Made by a program: the position numbers and the translations under genes. From contig JBFGLM010000015.1 of the NCBI GenBank assembly GCA_041576165.1, positions 1 to 64,000 of the forward strand: 64,000 nucleotides of DNA, in the 5' to 3' direction. Below, in pieces: positions 9,919 through 19,763 of this stretch; position 1 is the first letter of the stretch, and every line of letters starts with the position of its first letter. Source of the DNA: Acidimicrobiia bacterium (GTDB lineage Bacteria; Actinomycetota; Acidimicrobiia; Spongiisociales; Spongiisociaceae). The notes beneath the pieces were generated by a model, which worked only from the letters and a program-made list of their open reading frames with translations, did not search any database and had not been told where the DNA came from.

Positions 9919-10509
9919 ATGGCGAACATCAGTTTTCGGTTTCCGGCAGACATCGATGACGATGATTCCCGCGCCTGGTTGCTGGCGGCTATGGAAAAGG
10001 GCAAGCCGGGACCCGAGTTCCAGTCGATCCGAGCACATGTGCCGGGCGTGATGCGTTCGTTCACGAAGACGCGGGATTGGATCTACCACGACGGGGTGCT
10101 GGAGTTCGAGTTGAAGGAACTCCTCCGTGCCTACATCGCCCTGGCCGGCGACTGCACCTACTGCGGCGGTCAGGGAATAGCACGCGGCATCCGTGATGAT
10201 GAGCGCCAGCTCGACGAGCTCCTGAACTACGAGCGATCCGACCGCTACACGCAGCGGGAGAAGCTGGCGCTGCGCTACGCCGACGCCATCATGTGGAATC
10301 CTGAGCTGGCCGACGAGACCATGTGGAAAGAGCTTCACGAGTTCTTCAGCGAGCCGGAGCTGGTCGAGCTCGGGTATTGGATCGGGTTCACGTTCGGCGG
10401 CCAGCGATGGCTCCGCACGTTGGGCTCCAGCCAGGGACAGCTCAACGAAGCGCTGGAGGCCGCCGGAGAGTCCGGTTCCGTCAAGATGCATGATCCCACC
10501 AGCGACTGA
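9919..10509 (+). CDS. AhpD/carboxymuconolactone decarboxylase-like protein (CxxC)
   Basis: LKELLRAYIA...CTYC, REKLALRYA and FSEPELVEL motifs. Confidence 0.85.
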   Translation: MANISFRFPADIDDDDSRAWLLAAMEKGKPGPEFQSIRAHVPGVMRSFTKTRDWIYHDGVLEFELKELLRAYIALAGDCTYCGGQGIARGIRDDERQLDELLNYERSDRYTQREKLALRYADAIMWNPELADETMWKELHEFFSEPELVELGYWIGFTFGGQRWLRTLGSSQGQLNEALEAAGESGSVKMHDPTSD

Positions 10510-10555
10510 CCGGCACAGACAAGGGTTCTGACCCGAGGCACAGAGGGAGGTTGTA

Positions 10556-11716
10556 GTGCACGGAGAGGATGCAGCCGGACTGGTCGAAATCGGCCGTCAC
10601 GATCTCGGTGGCTATGGCGACGGCATGCAGGTGATCCGCGAGGGCGATGCCCTCTACGTGGGCCACTTCGGCCCATCGGGCATGGGCACCTCGGTTCTCG
10701 ATGCCTCCGACCTGACGAATTTGCGCCTGGTCCGGCAGTGGCGGGCCCCGGTCGGCGGCCACAACCACAAGGTGCAGGTGGCGGACGGGCTGCTGCTGAC
10801 CAACTTCGAGGCGTTCCGGGGCGGCGAGCCCGAACGGGTCGGTATGGCAATCTGGGCCCTGGACGACCCGTTCGATCCCAAAGAAATCGGCTTCTGGGAT
10901 TCCACCGGCGCCGGCGTACATCGGATCGTGTGGGAGGGCGGACGCTACGCATACGTCTCTGCCACGCCCGAGGGCTACAAGGAGAGAATCTGGGTGGTGA
11001 TCGACCTGGACGACCCGGCCGCTCCGATCGAGGCGGGCCGCTGGGAGTGGCCCGGCGTCCGGGTTGGCGAGGATGAGGATTGGCCGCCAGAGGACTCACG
11101 GTCGGTCCATCACGCGCTGGTCCATGGCGACCGCGCATATCTCGGCTGGTGGGATTCGGGTTTCGTGATTCTGGACATCTCGGATCTCAGCCAGATCGAG
11201 ATGGTTGCGCACCTCGAGTGGGACATCGGCGGACACACCCACACGGCGCTGCCGCTGCCTGGCCGCCGGTTGGTCGTCGTAACGGACGAAGCCGTCACGA
11301 ATGGGTGTATCGATGATCCCCACATGGTGCGGATCATCGACGTCGCCGACGAGCGCAGCCCCCAGGTGCTGGCGATCTGCCCCGTGCCGCAGGGCGACTT
11401 CTGTGAACGGGGTCTCCGCTTCGGAGCCCACTGTCTGCACGAGAACCGGCCGGGCACCTACCGCAGCGAAGAGGTGATCTTCGTGACCTATTTCAACGCC
11501 GGGCTGCGGGTGTACGACATCGCCGAGCCGGATGACCCGGTCGAAATCGCGCACTGGATCCCCGAGTGCCCGCCCGGCCAGCAGGCGATCCAGATCAACG
11601 ACTGTTTTGTCGATACGGAGCTCAATGTCTATGCGACAGACCGTGTGTCGGGCGGAGTGTACGTGTTGCGCCCGGACGCGGACCTGGCACGCAGGATGGA
11701 TTCGGCTCGGGTCTGA
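10556..11716 (+). CDS. LVIVD-repeat beta-propeller protein
   Basis: Repeated blades (FVILDISD, VRIIDVAD, LRVYDIAEP) and conserved His motifs HTHT and GAHCLHE. Confidence 0.85.
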   Translation: MHGEDAAGLVEIGRHDLGGYGDGMQVIREGDALYVGHFGPSGMGTSVLDASDLTNLRLVRQWRAPVGGHNHKVQVADGLLLTNFEAFRGGEPERVGMAIWALDDPFDPKEIGFWDSTGAGVHRIVWEGGRYAYVSATPEGYKERIWVVIDLDDPAAPIEAGRWEWPGVRVGEDEDWPPEDSRSVHHALVHGDRAYLGWWDSGFVILDISDLSQIEMVAHLEWDIGGHTHTALPLPGRRLVVVTDEAVTNGCIDDPHMVRIIDVADERSPQVLAICPVPQGDFCERGLRFGAHCLHENRPGTYRSEEVIFVTYFNAGLRVYDIAEPDDPVEIAHWIPECPPGQQAIQINDCFVDTELNVYATDRVSGGVYVLRPDADLARRMDSARV

Positions 11717-11735
11717 CTGGCATGCGTAGGCTGGC

Positions 11736-12512
11736 ATGGTGACGGCCGAGCCCGACTACGTCCGTACCAACCAGCAGGAATGGGATCGGATGGCCCACGA
11801 ATGGGTGGCGATGGGCGAACGCGCGTGGGCCGGCGAACCGTCCTGGGGAATCTGGGGCATACCAGAATCCGAGCTCGAGCTCCTACCCGCCGACATGAGC
11901 GGCATGGACGCAGTCGAACTCGGATGTGGGACCGGCTACGTGTCGGCATGGATGATCCGTCGGGGCGCCCGCGTCGTCGGCCTGGACGTCTCGGCCCGCC
12001 AACTCGCCACCGCGCAGCGCCTGGCCGCAGAACATCAACGGCATCTGCCGCTCGTACAGGCGAACGCCGAGACCGTGCCACTGCGAGACGGGTCGTTCGA
12101 CTTCGCTGTATCGGAATATGGTGCCGCCATCTGGGCTGACCCGTACAAATGGATTCCCGAGGCGTGGCGCGTGCTGCGGCCCGGCGGTGAGCTGGTGTTC
12201 CTCGGCAACCACCCGTTGGTGATGCTGACCCAGCCCCGCGACGCCGACCAACCGACTTCCCGCAACTTGCTCTATCCATACTTCGGCCTTCACCGCATCG
12301 ACTGGGACGATGGTCAGGCCCGAGGCACCGAGTTCAACCTCACCATCTCTGGCTGGCACCGCCTATTCGAAGATGTCGGGTTCGAATTCGTCTCGTACCA
12401 CGAATTGCAGTCACCGGGCGAGGGACCCGATATGAACTTCTTCACCAGCGCCGACTGGGCCCACGCCTACCCATCCGAACAGGTCTGGAAGGTGCGCAAG
12501 CCCTCCAGGTAG
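11736..12512 (+). CDS. Class I SAM-dependent methyltransferase
   Basis: VELGCGTG, GLDVS and RVLRPGG motifs. Confidence 0.9.
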   Translation: MVTAEPDYVRTNQQEWDRMAHEWVAMGERAWAGEPSWGIWGIPESELELLPADMSGMDAVELGCGTGYVSAWMIRRGARVVGLDVSARQLATAQRLAAEHQRHLPLVQANAETVPLRDGSFDFAVSEYGAAIWADPYKWIPEAWRVLRPGGELVFLGNHPLVMLTQPRDADQPTSRNLLYPYFGLHRIDWDDGQARGTEFNLTISGWHRLFEDVGFEFVSYHELQSPGEGPDMNFFTSADWAHAYPSEQVWKVRKPSR

Positions 12513-12530
12513 CCAGGTGCGGTCACCGGC

Positions 12531-13511
12531 CTACAGCTGTACCTTGGCCAAAGCCCCCGCCGGGTATCGATCTCCGGCGATCCGGCCCGGCGCGAAGGCC
12601 TCATCGAGCCGTTGGATTTCGTCCCCGGTGAGCGTGATCTCGCCCGCCGCAACGTTCTCTTCGAGATGCGCGACGCTGGTGGTTCCGGGGATCGGCAGCA
12701 GGTAGCCCTTTTGGGCGAGCACCCATGCGAGGGAGATCTGGGCGGGCGAAGCACCGTGGGCGACGGCCACATCCTGGAGCGCCTGGAGCATCTCGACGTT
12801 CTGGTCGATGTTCTCCTGCGAGAAACGGGGATGGTCCCTCCGCCGGTCGCCTGTTGTGAGGTCCTCAGTGGCCTTGATGGTGCCGGACAGGAAGCCGCGC
12901 CCGATCGGCGAATAGGCGACATAGCCAATGCCCAGCTCCTCGCACACCCCGAAGATCTCCTCTTCGGCGAAACGAGTCCAGAGTGAGTACTCGATCTGGA
13001 CCGCCGCCAGCGGATGTGCGGCGTGGGCCGCCCGGATCGTCCCGGGAGCTGCCTCGGACACCCCGATATGGCGAACCTTGCCGGCCTCGACGAGCGCGGC
13101 CATGGCTCCAATCGTCTCCTCGATCGGGACCGAAGGATCGATTCGATGGGCGTAGTACAGATCGATGTGATCCACTCCGAGCCGGGACAAGCTGGCCTCG
13201 CACGCCGCCTGCACGTAGGCGGCGTCGCCCCGCACGATCCGCTTGCCGTCCTCCATCAGCTGGCCGAACTTCGTGGCCAGAAACACCTCTTCCCGCCGCC
13301 CGGCGAGAGCTCGCGCCAGCAACGCTTCATTGTGTCCCCACCCGTACGCGTCCGACGTGTCGAGATGCGTGACGCCCAGCTCCAGCGCCCGATGCACGAG
13401 CGCGACCGCGGAATCGTCCTCGGTGTCGCGGTACGTGGAGCTCAGCGCCATGCACCCCAATCCGATCGCTGGCAGGTAGATGTCGGTCGCTCCCAGTCTC
13501 CGCTGTTCCAT
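12531..13511 (-). CDS. Aldo/keto reductase
   Basis: GLGCM, DTSDAYG, ATKFG, DLYYAHRID and IGVSEA motifs. Confidence 0.93.
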   Translation of the reverse strand: MEQRRLGATDIYLPAIGLGCMALSSTYRDTEDDSAVALVHRALELGVTHLDTSDAYGWGHNEALLARALAGRREEVFLATKFGQLMEDGKRIVRGDAAYVQAACEASLSRLGVDHIDLYYAHRIDPSVPIEETIGAMAALVEAGKVRHIGVSEAAPGTIRAAHAAHPLAAVQIEYSLWTRFAEEEIFGVCEELGIGYVAYSPIGRGFLSGTIKATEDLTTGDRRRDHPRFSQENIDQNVEMLQALQDVAVAHGASPAQISLAWVLAQKGYLLPIPGTTSVAHLEENVAAGEITLTGDEIQRLDEAFAPGRIAGDRYPAGALAKVQL

Positions 13512-13527
13512 CACTACTCCTTGCTCC

Positions 13528-13827
13528 TCAGATGAACTCGCCTCGCTCGGCCATCTCCACCGCAAACAGACGGTCGAGGCAGAACAGCAAGTCGGTGATG
13601 ACCTGGTCCTCCATCACAGACGTCATCGAGGTCGCCCGCGCGAGGAACTGATTGAACCTCTTGATCAGCTTCTCATTGGGTTCAGCCGATGCCTGTTGCT
13701 CGGCGATCAGCCGGGTCAGGGTGTCCGCGTACGTATCAATGGACTCGAGCGCCGCATAGATGGCTGCTTCCATGGTGCGGGTCACGTTCGCCACCTGCTC
13801 GTGCACGGTCATAGCCACTTCGTCCAC
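13528..13827 (-). CDS. Small helical hypothetical protein
   Basis: Fills the gap between the GrdB-like gene and the AKR gene, with GGAGGAG upstream. Confidence 0.65.
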   Translation of the reverse strand: MDEVAMTVHEQVANVTRTMEAAIYAALESIDTYADTLTRLIAEQQASAEPNEKLIKRFNQFLARATSMTSVMEDQVITDLLFCLDRLFAVEMAERGEFI

Positions 13828-14603
13828 CTCCTCCAGCGGAACGGCAACTCGATGAACGTCGGTTCGGTGGCTCGCTCCGCCAAGTCGAGCAGCCGCTCGA
13901 GCACCAGCCGGTGCTGGGCCGGCTGATGGGGCTCACCAAACGGGTTGCCCAGCGGAAAACGGACGTACGCCGCGCGCGAGACATTCATGAACGCCGTGAT
14001 CTCAGGCCGCAGCGAAAGGCTCACCGTCGGGACCCCGGCCCGCTCGACCGCACCCTGGACCAGCCCGACCGACCGGTGGCACATGGGTCAGCCGGGTACC
14101 AGCACCGCCAGGTCCACATCGTTGTCGACCAGCACGTCCGCGACAGCAGGACCGCTGTATTCGGCGATCTTGGAGGGATCGGGATTGAACCCCATCATTC
14201 CGATGTGAACCGGTGAGGCCGATCCCACCCTGCCATCGGTGACCGCAGCGCGCAGGGTGTCGATCGGCAACACGACATCGGGGTCGGCGCTCGCCGAGGA
14301 CGTGTCGTAGTGGGTGTGCGTGAAACGCAGGCGGCCGAGGTCGACATCATGCGGAATGATCCGAAATGAATCGTCCCCCGCGGTGGTGGCGACGTGAAAC
14401 GGCTCCTGGTCGTCCAGGTGAGCGCCGGCGGTCGTCACCAGCGCCACCCGGCTTTCTGAGACGGCCTTGGCAAGCGGAACGAAGCTGACTTCGTCGTTTG
14501 TGCGGTGGTTGACCCCGCCATGGCTGGCGCCCACGAAAACAACCCAATTCTCGTAGGCGTCCCGTAACGGCGCTCGATCGACCAGTTGCCACGAAGGCGG
14601 CAT
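13809..14603 (-). CDS. GrdB/PrdB-like selenoprotein (glycine/betaine/sarcosine/D-proline reductase B family) with UxxC motif; Sec at 14088-14090
   Basis: ORFs 14088..14693 and 13809..14084 are in frame: ...LVPG-TGA-PMCHRSVGLVQ...ERAGVPTVS. Family motifs VALVTTAG and HTHYD are present, a SECIS-like hairpin follows, and AAGGAGG precedes ATG 14603. Confidence 0.9.
14053..14087 (-). other. Bacterial SECIS-like hairpin
   Basis: After the UGA: ACCGGUC-GGUCG-GGCUGGU, a 7-bp stem including G-U pairs with the loop starting 18 nt downstream, plus a lower CCC/GGG stem. Confidence 0.7.
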
Positions 14604-14639
14604 CCCTCTTCCTCCTTGAATCGCCCCGGCTGGCGGCTT

Positions 14640-14653
14640 CGCAATCGATTTCC
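14640..14653. promoter_or_regulatory. LacI-type operator site 4 (CGCAATCGATTTCC)
   Basis: Lies in the divergent gap between the GrdB-like gene and a hydrolase gene. Confidence 0.65.
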
Positions 14654-14670
14654 AGGCTACGCTAGCCGAC

Positions 14671-15831
14671 GTGAACTCACAGTCCGGAACCAACCACCAA
14701 ATTCCCCCCCTCGGTTTCTCGTCGTCAGAGAACCCCTTCGTAGTGGAACACGGCGGCTTCTACCGCCGCTGGCTGGCAATGATCGACGACGTCGGCGAAT
14801 TACAGCGGGTCGTGGCCAGCCTCGAAGGCTCCACCGAGGACCTCTGGGTTCCGGTGTTCGCCGCCGCCGGCAACCGGCACGAGCAGCGGGGTGACATGTT
14901 GGCGGCGGCAGGCGATACCGCAGGCGCCCGGGCGGCCTACCTGCAGGCGAAGACGTATTACGCGATCGGCCGGTACCCAGGCGAGATCTCGCCGGTGAAG
15001 CGAGCGATATCCGACGATTGCGCCCGGGCCTACCGCAAGGCGAGCGCCTTCCTCGAACCCCCGCTGCACGTGGTCGAAGTAGAGCACACCGGCAAGGTGA
15101 TCCGGGCCCATTTCCGGGCGCCGCATTCCAACAGGCCGCTGCCCGCCGTTCTGATCATGTGCGGCGCGGACGTCTTCAAAGAAGATCGGGGCTGGGCCCA
15201 GGATTTGTGTATGGACAACGGGCTGGCGTCGCTGGTGATGGACGGTCCCGGCACGGGCGAGACACCGTTTCCGTGGGCACCCGAGTCGGTTGGCGCCTGG
15301 GTGGCCGCGGTGGAGTATCTCGCCGGGCGACCCGAAGTCGACGCCAGCCGCATCGGGGCGTTCGGAATCAGCCGCGGAGGTTATTCCGTCCTGCAGCTGG
15401 CCGGCACGGTGCCGGACCAACTGGGAGCCGTGGTTGCCAGCGCCGGACACCCCTTCGGATACGTGATGACCGACGAAGAACTCGATGACTACGTTGCTTA
15501 CCGCAACCAGCGGGCCAGCTGGAAGTTCGGTGCTCCGGACGGCCCGCCTTCGTTTCCTCCTACGACGCCCGAAGAGGAACGCCAGATGTTTGGGCGATGG
15601 GCGCTCTCGGAGTTGGGGCTGGTCGACAACATCACGATGCCGGTGCTGATGATCAACGGCAAGCATGATCGGCTGGCACCCGTCGGGAACATCTACTTCA
15701 TGCTCGAAAACGGACCGGTGGCGAGCCGATCTGCCCGCATCTACGCGGATGCCGGCCACTGCGCCTTCAAATACATCTCCGACTGGGGGCCCGCCTCGTT
15801 CCGGTGGCTGGCCGAAAAGCTCGGCGGGTGA
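14671..15831 (+). CDS. Alpha/beta hydrolase, FrsA/DHPON-hydrolase-like
   Basis: GADVFKE, DGPGTGE, GISRGG nucleophile elbow, NGKHD and AGHC. Confidence 0.85.
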   Translation: MNSQSGTNHQIPPLGFSSSENPFVVEHGGFYRRWLAMIDDVGELQRVVASLEGSTEDLWVPVFAAAGNRHEQRGDMLAAAGDTAGARAAYLQAKTYYAIGRYPGEISPVKRAISDDCARAYRKASAFLEPPLHVVEVEHTGKVIRAHFRAPHSNRPLPAVLIMCGADVFKEDRGWAQDLCMDNGLASLVMDGPGTGETPFPWAPESVGAWVAAVEYLAGRPEVDASRIGAFGISRGGYSVLQLAGTVPDQLGAVVASAGHPFGYVMTDEELDDYVAYRNQRASWKFGAPDGPPSFPPTTPEEERQMFGRWALSELGLVDNITMPVLMINGKHDRLAPVGNIYFMLENGPVASRSARIYADAGHCAFKYISDWGPASFRWLAEKLGG

Positions 15832-15859
15832 TCCCAGGCCCCGCTCCATTTTCCAGCTG

Positions 15860-16738
15860 ATGGGGATCGTCCTCGGGCTCGCCGCAGCCGTCTTCTTCGC
15901 CGCAGCCTCCATCGCGCTGCGGATCGGACAACGGACCCGACCGCACGACGACGGCCTGTTCATGACGGTGCTCGTCAACGTGGTCGTCTTCGCGCTGGTG
16001 GTCCCGTTCATCGACATTCCGCCCTGGAATATCGCCGGCGTTGTGGGCCTGCTGGTCGGCGGAGTGGTCGGCACCGTCTTCGGGCGCTACTCGAACCTGC
16101 GCTCGATCCGGCTCATCGGCCCGACGCGGGCCAATGCCTTCCTCACTGCCAACCCGGTCGTATCGGCGATCGTCGGGTGGATCGTCCTCAACGAGGCAGT
16201 CGGACCGGTTGAGGGCCTCGGCGGGGCACTCGTCGTATACGGGCTGATGCGATTCATCCAGGCCCGCGCCACGACCCCAGCATTGGCCGACCACCAAAGA
16301 CCGTCCACCGCCGGTTACGTGTTCGCCCTGCTCGCACCCACCTTCTTCGGCATCGCATTCGTGATCCGGAAGTGGGGCCTCGCTCGCTACGACAGCGCCG
16401 TGATGGGGGCGTTCATCGGCGCGGTCGCAGCCTTTTTCGTCCTCAATCTCCTCTATGCGGCCGGCGGTGAACTGCGGCAGACCTGGCGCGAGAACTTCCA
16501 CAACGTGTCGTGGTGGTTCGTGTTGGCCGGGGTGCTCACTGGGGCCGCGCTCCTGTCACAGTTCACCGCCTTCAGTTTTCTGGCCGCCTGGGTGGTGGGC
16601 ATCCTGCAGGGCACCCAAGGCATATGGACGATGGGCTTGTCGATCGTCTTTCTGGGCGACGAGGAGGCGATCGACCGCGCCGTGGTGCTGAACGTGCTCA
16701 TCGTGGCGCTGGGCGTGGCGATCATCAGCGCGGCCTGA
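15860..16738 (+). CDS. DMT/EamA family transporter
   Basis: About 10 TM segments in two repeats; IGPTRA and LNE motifs. Confidence 0.85.
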   Translation: MGIVLGLAAAVFFAAASIALRIGQRTRPHDDGLFMTVLVNVVVFALVVPFIDIPPWNIAGVVGLLVGGVVGTVFGRYSNLRSIRLIGPTRANAFLTANPVVSAIVGWIVLNEAVGPVEGLGGALVVYGLMRFIQARATTPALADHQRPSTAGYVFALLAPTFFGIAFVIRKWGLARYDSAVMGAFIGAVAAFFVLNLLYAAGGELRQTWRENFHNVSWWFVLAGVLTGAALLSQFTAFSFLAAWVVGILQGTQGIWTMGLSIVFLGDEEAIDRAVVLNVLIVALGVAIISAA

Positions 16739-16756
16739 TCCTGCCAGTATCCGATC

Positions 16757-17584
16757 ATGGAACCGACCCCCGGGGCGTCTGCCGTTCACATCGTCGACCC
16801 GGGCGACGAGCGCTTGACCGACTACCGGTCGCTGATCTCGGCGGCCGCTCGTCGACGGTTCGAGGCCGCAGCCGGTTTGTATGTGGCCGAAGGGGTGCCG
16901 CTGGTGGCGCGTTTGCTGGAGCGAGGGCATCCGGCCCGGTCGATCCTCGCCACTCCCCAAGCCATCGCTCGCCTCGGCCGCATACGGGCTCCGTCCCAGA
17001 CAATGGTGTACGCCGCCTCCCCAGATCTGATCTCGTCGGTCGTCGGATTCGACTACCGGCGTGGAGCAATTGGGTCGTTCGCCCGCCCGCCGCTCAACCC
17101 CGCGCTGGAGGTGATCGAAGCATCGCACAGCCTCGCTCTGGTCGAGGGAGTCAACGACGCGGAGAACCTCGGGTCCATTCTGCGTGCAGCGGCGGCCCTC
17201 GGGATCGACGGAGTCTTATTGGACCCGACCACCACCGACCCGTTCTACCGGCGTTGCATCCGGGTTTCTATGGGCGCGGCGGTGGAGATTCCCATCGCTA
17301 TCGCTCACCCTTGGCCGGCCGTGCTCGGGACGCTGTCGGCGGCGGGCTTCACGCTGGTGGCACTCAGCACCAAGCAAGCAGCCCAGAGCATCGATCGTCC
17401 GCTGCCGCCGGGCCGTACGGCGCTGATTCTCGGCGCCGAAGGTCCCGGTCTCACGGCAGACACGATCGCAGCTGCCGACCTCGAAGTGACGATTCCTACC
17501 AGCGATCTGGTTGACTCGCTCAACGTAGGGCAGGCAGCTGCCATCGCGTTCCAGGCCCTCGCTCGTCAGAACCGGTCCGGCTGA
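16757..17584 (+). CDS. TrmH/SpoU-family RNA methyltransferase
   Basis: ENLGSILR, RVSMG, LGAEGPG and DSLNV SPOUT motifs. Confidence 0.92.
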   Translation: MEPTPGASAVHIVDPGDERLTDYRSLISAAARRRFEAAAGLYVAEGVPLVARLLERGHPARSILATPQAIARLGRIRAPSQTMVYAASPDLISSVVGFDYRRGAIGSFARPPLNPALEVIEASHSLALVEGVNDAENLGSILRAAAALGIDGVLLDPTTTDPFYRRCIRVSMGAAVEIPIAIAHPWPAVLGTLSAAGFTLVALSTKQAAQSIDRPLPPGRTALILGAEGPGLTADTIAAADLEVTIPTSDLVDSLNVGQAAAIAFQALARQNRSG

Positions 17585-19239
17585 TTGACGTCGATCAGCG
17601 GGACCGACCCCTCCCGTCGGTGGAATTCCTCATGCGCGGACCGCAACGGTTCCCATTCGTCGGGATGCTGGACGTCGACCGCAATGAGGTGGATGCTGAC
17701 CGGCCGGTCCACTGCATCGAGGGCACGCGCCCGGCGTAGCACAGCCACAGATGCATCGTCGGTGCGGCGGTGCTGCGCCAGGTGTTCCTCCCAAGAAACA
17801 CACATGAAGACCTCACTCAGCCGGTGCGGATCCTGGGTATTGCGGTACAGCCGCCACGAGTACGCACCGGTCCGCAGCCGGATCATCCGGACTTCCTGCA
17901 TCACCGCAAGAAACTCCTCAATGTCGACCCGCCGCACGTGCCAGGTGTTGACCACCATGACCGGCCCCCCTTCGGTTTGGGCATGGGGGCGGGCGAGACG
18001 CTCCATCTCGTACTCCGGCGGTTCCACCTGATCGAGGCGCGGTACCCGGAACAGACCGGTGGTCAACCCGAGCAGAATTGTCGTGAACGACAACCACACC
18101 ATGGACCGGCCGGCACCAATGTGGTCGGCTAGAGCTCCGGCTCCGATCGATCCGAGGGGCAACACACCGTTGAACGCGAGCAGATACAGACTCATGGCCC
18201 GGCCCCTCACCCAGCTGGGCGCCATCAGCTGGGTGGTGGCGTTGAGGACGGTCAGCGTCAACACCCAGGCGGCGCCGATCACCAGCATGGCGGCCAGCGC
18301 CATCTCAATATTGGCAGCGCCGCCCACCAGTACACCGGCAAGGCCATAGATGGCGATCGTGAATGGCAACGCCGCCCCGGTGTTGAGCCCGGCCAGCCTG
18401 GTGCGAACAAAGGCTGCCACCAACGCACCGGTGCCCATGGCGCCCAGAAGCAGACCGTAGGTGGTTTCGCCCCCACCGAGCTCTTCTGTGCGGTTCGGCA
18501 ACACTGCCTGGATCACGGCAGTCGTCAGCCCAAACAGCGCAAGCAACGCCAGGACGCGCCGGAACTCCGGCGTATAGCGGGCGTACCGCACCGACAGGCC
18601 AACCGAGGTGGCGATGGACCCGACCGAGCCGAATTGGGGTTCCCGGCCGACCAGCCGCACCAGACCGGCGACGACTGCGATGACCCCGGCGTAGCTCAGC
18701 GCGTTCAGCCCGAACGCCAGCTCGGGACCGGCGGTGGCGACAATCACCCCGCCCAGGGCCGGCCCGACCGCTCGCGCCACATTGAAGGCGGCCGAGTTGA
18801 GCGCCACGGCGCTGGCGACCATGCCGCGCGGGACCAGTTCGGGCACCATCGACTGCCAGGCAGGCAGGTTGAAGGCCAGGCCGACGCCCAGCATGAGGCC
18901 CAAACCCAGCAGCAGGCCCGGGGTGATCACATCAAGATACGTCGCCGCTGCCATGCCGGCGGCGGCCGATCCCATGATGATCTGAGCCCACAGAATCACC
19001 CTTGCCTTCGAGAACATGTCGGCGACAACGCCCGATATCAGCGAGAGGAACAGGAGCGGGAGCAGCGTGGAGGCGATCATGAGGCCCACCCAGGTGGCGG
19101 ACGAGTTGGTCAGCTCCTTCATCAGCCACGATCCCGCCACCGTCTGCAGGAACGAGCCGACATTTGAAAAGATCGCAGCAATCCACAGCGCGCGGTAACG
19201 CGGGATCTGTAGCGGTCCAGTGGCTGATTGGCTCACCAC
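17566..19239 (-). CDS. MFS transporter with C-terminal soluble domain (MFS_3/DUF894-like)
   Basis: PAWQS..PELVP, ALNS..FNVARAVGP and a C-terminal RLRTGAYSW...WEEHLAQH domain. Confidence 0.9.
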   Translation of the reverse strand: MVSQSATGPLQIPRYRALWIAAIFSNVGSFLQTVAGSWLMKELTNSSATWVGLMIASTLLPLLFLSLISGVVADMFSKARVILWAQIIMGSAAAGMAAATYLDVITPGLLLGLGLMLGVGLAFNLPAWQSMVPELVPRGMVASAVALNSAAFNVARAVGPALGGVIVATAGPELAFGLNALSYAGVIAVVAGLVRLVGREPQFGSVGSIATSVGLSVRYARYTPEFRRVLALLALFGLTTAVIQAVLPNRTEELGGGETTYGLLLGAMGTGALVAAFVRTRLAGLNTGAALPFTIAIYGLAGVLVGGAANIEMALAAMLVIGAAWVLTLTVLNATTQLMAPSWVRGRAMSLYLLAFNGVLPLGSIGAGALADHIGAGRSMVWLSFTTILLGLTTGLFRVPRLDQVEPPEYEMERLARPHAQTEGGPVMVVNTWHVRRVDIEEFLAVMQEVRMIRLRTGAYSWRLYRNTQDPHRLSEVFMCVSWEEHLAQHRRTDDASVAVLRRARALDAVDRPVSIHLIAVDVQHPDEWEPLRSAHEEFHRREGSVPLIDVNQPDRF

Positions 19240-19310
19240 CCGACGCTAGTCAACCTCCGGTGCGACTCCGGCGGCGCCCAGGAGCCGGGACGTGTCTCCG
19301 TCCCGTGTTC

Positions 19311-19331
19311 ACAAGTTCTCCACAATTCTCC
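19311..19331 (+). promoter_or_regulatory. Candidate OmpR-family direct-repeat binding site (ACAAGTTCTCC-ACAATTCTCC)
   Basis: Direct repeat with 10-11 bp period upstream of the operon encoding an OmpR-type regulator. Confidence 0.35.
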
Positions 19332-19369
19332 GAGACGATGACGTCGTCGGATGAAAGGAGTGTCACGAC

Positions 19370-19717
19370 ATGTTCAGGTTCTTGGTTGGGGCTCTTGCTC
19401 TCTTCGGTCTGGCATCGCTGTTGTTCGGAACGGCCGGCGCCGCCGCCGGATTCGGGCTGCTCGTACTGGCCCCCCTGTTTCTGCTCTTCAAGCTGTTGTT
19501 CTTCGTGGCCCTGTTCGGGTTCTTCTTCAAAGGGTTCGGCGGGTGGCACCGGCGGGGGACCCGCTACTGGGAAGCATGGGATGGCCCGGAATGGATCCGC
19601 CGCAGCCGCCAGCCGGGGCGCAACCGGGAGAGCACGGACAAGGAGCGGTTCCAGGAATGGCACGACCTGGAGCACGCTCGGCGGGAGGTCGACTCCTGGA
19701 CGAGCTACGACCTGTGA
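19370..19717 (+). CDS. Small membrane protein
   Basis: Two hydrophobic helices and a Trp/Arg-rich tail. RBS AAAGGAG. Confidence 0.75.
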   Translation: MFRFLVGALALFGLASLLFGTAGAAAGFGLLVLAPLFLLFKLLFFVALFGFFFKGFGGWHRRGTRYWEAWDGPEWIRRSRQPGRNRESTDKERFQEWHDLEHARREVDSWTSYDL

Positions 19718-19763
19718 ACGCCGGCCAATCGTCCGGACGACCAGAATGTGAGCAGAGGTTCAG

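Noticed and set aside
13809-14693. Two separate genes or a nonsense pseudogene (likewise 34782-35489)
   Set aside because: The TGA is in frame at the catalytic Cys/Sec column, has a SECIS-like hairpin, and there are no other lesions.
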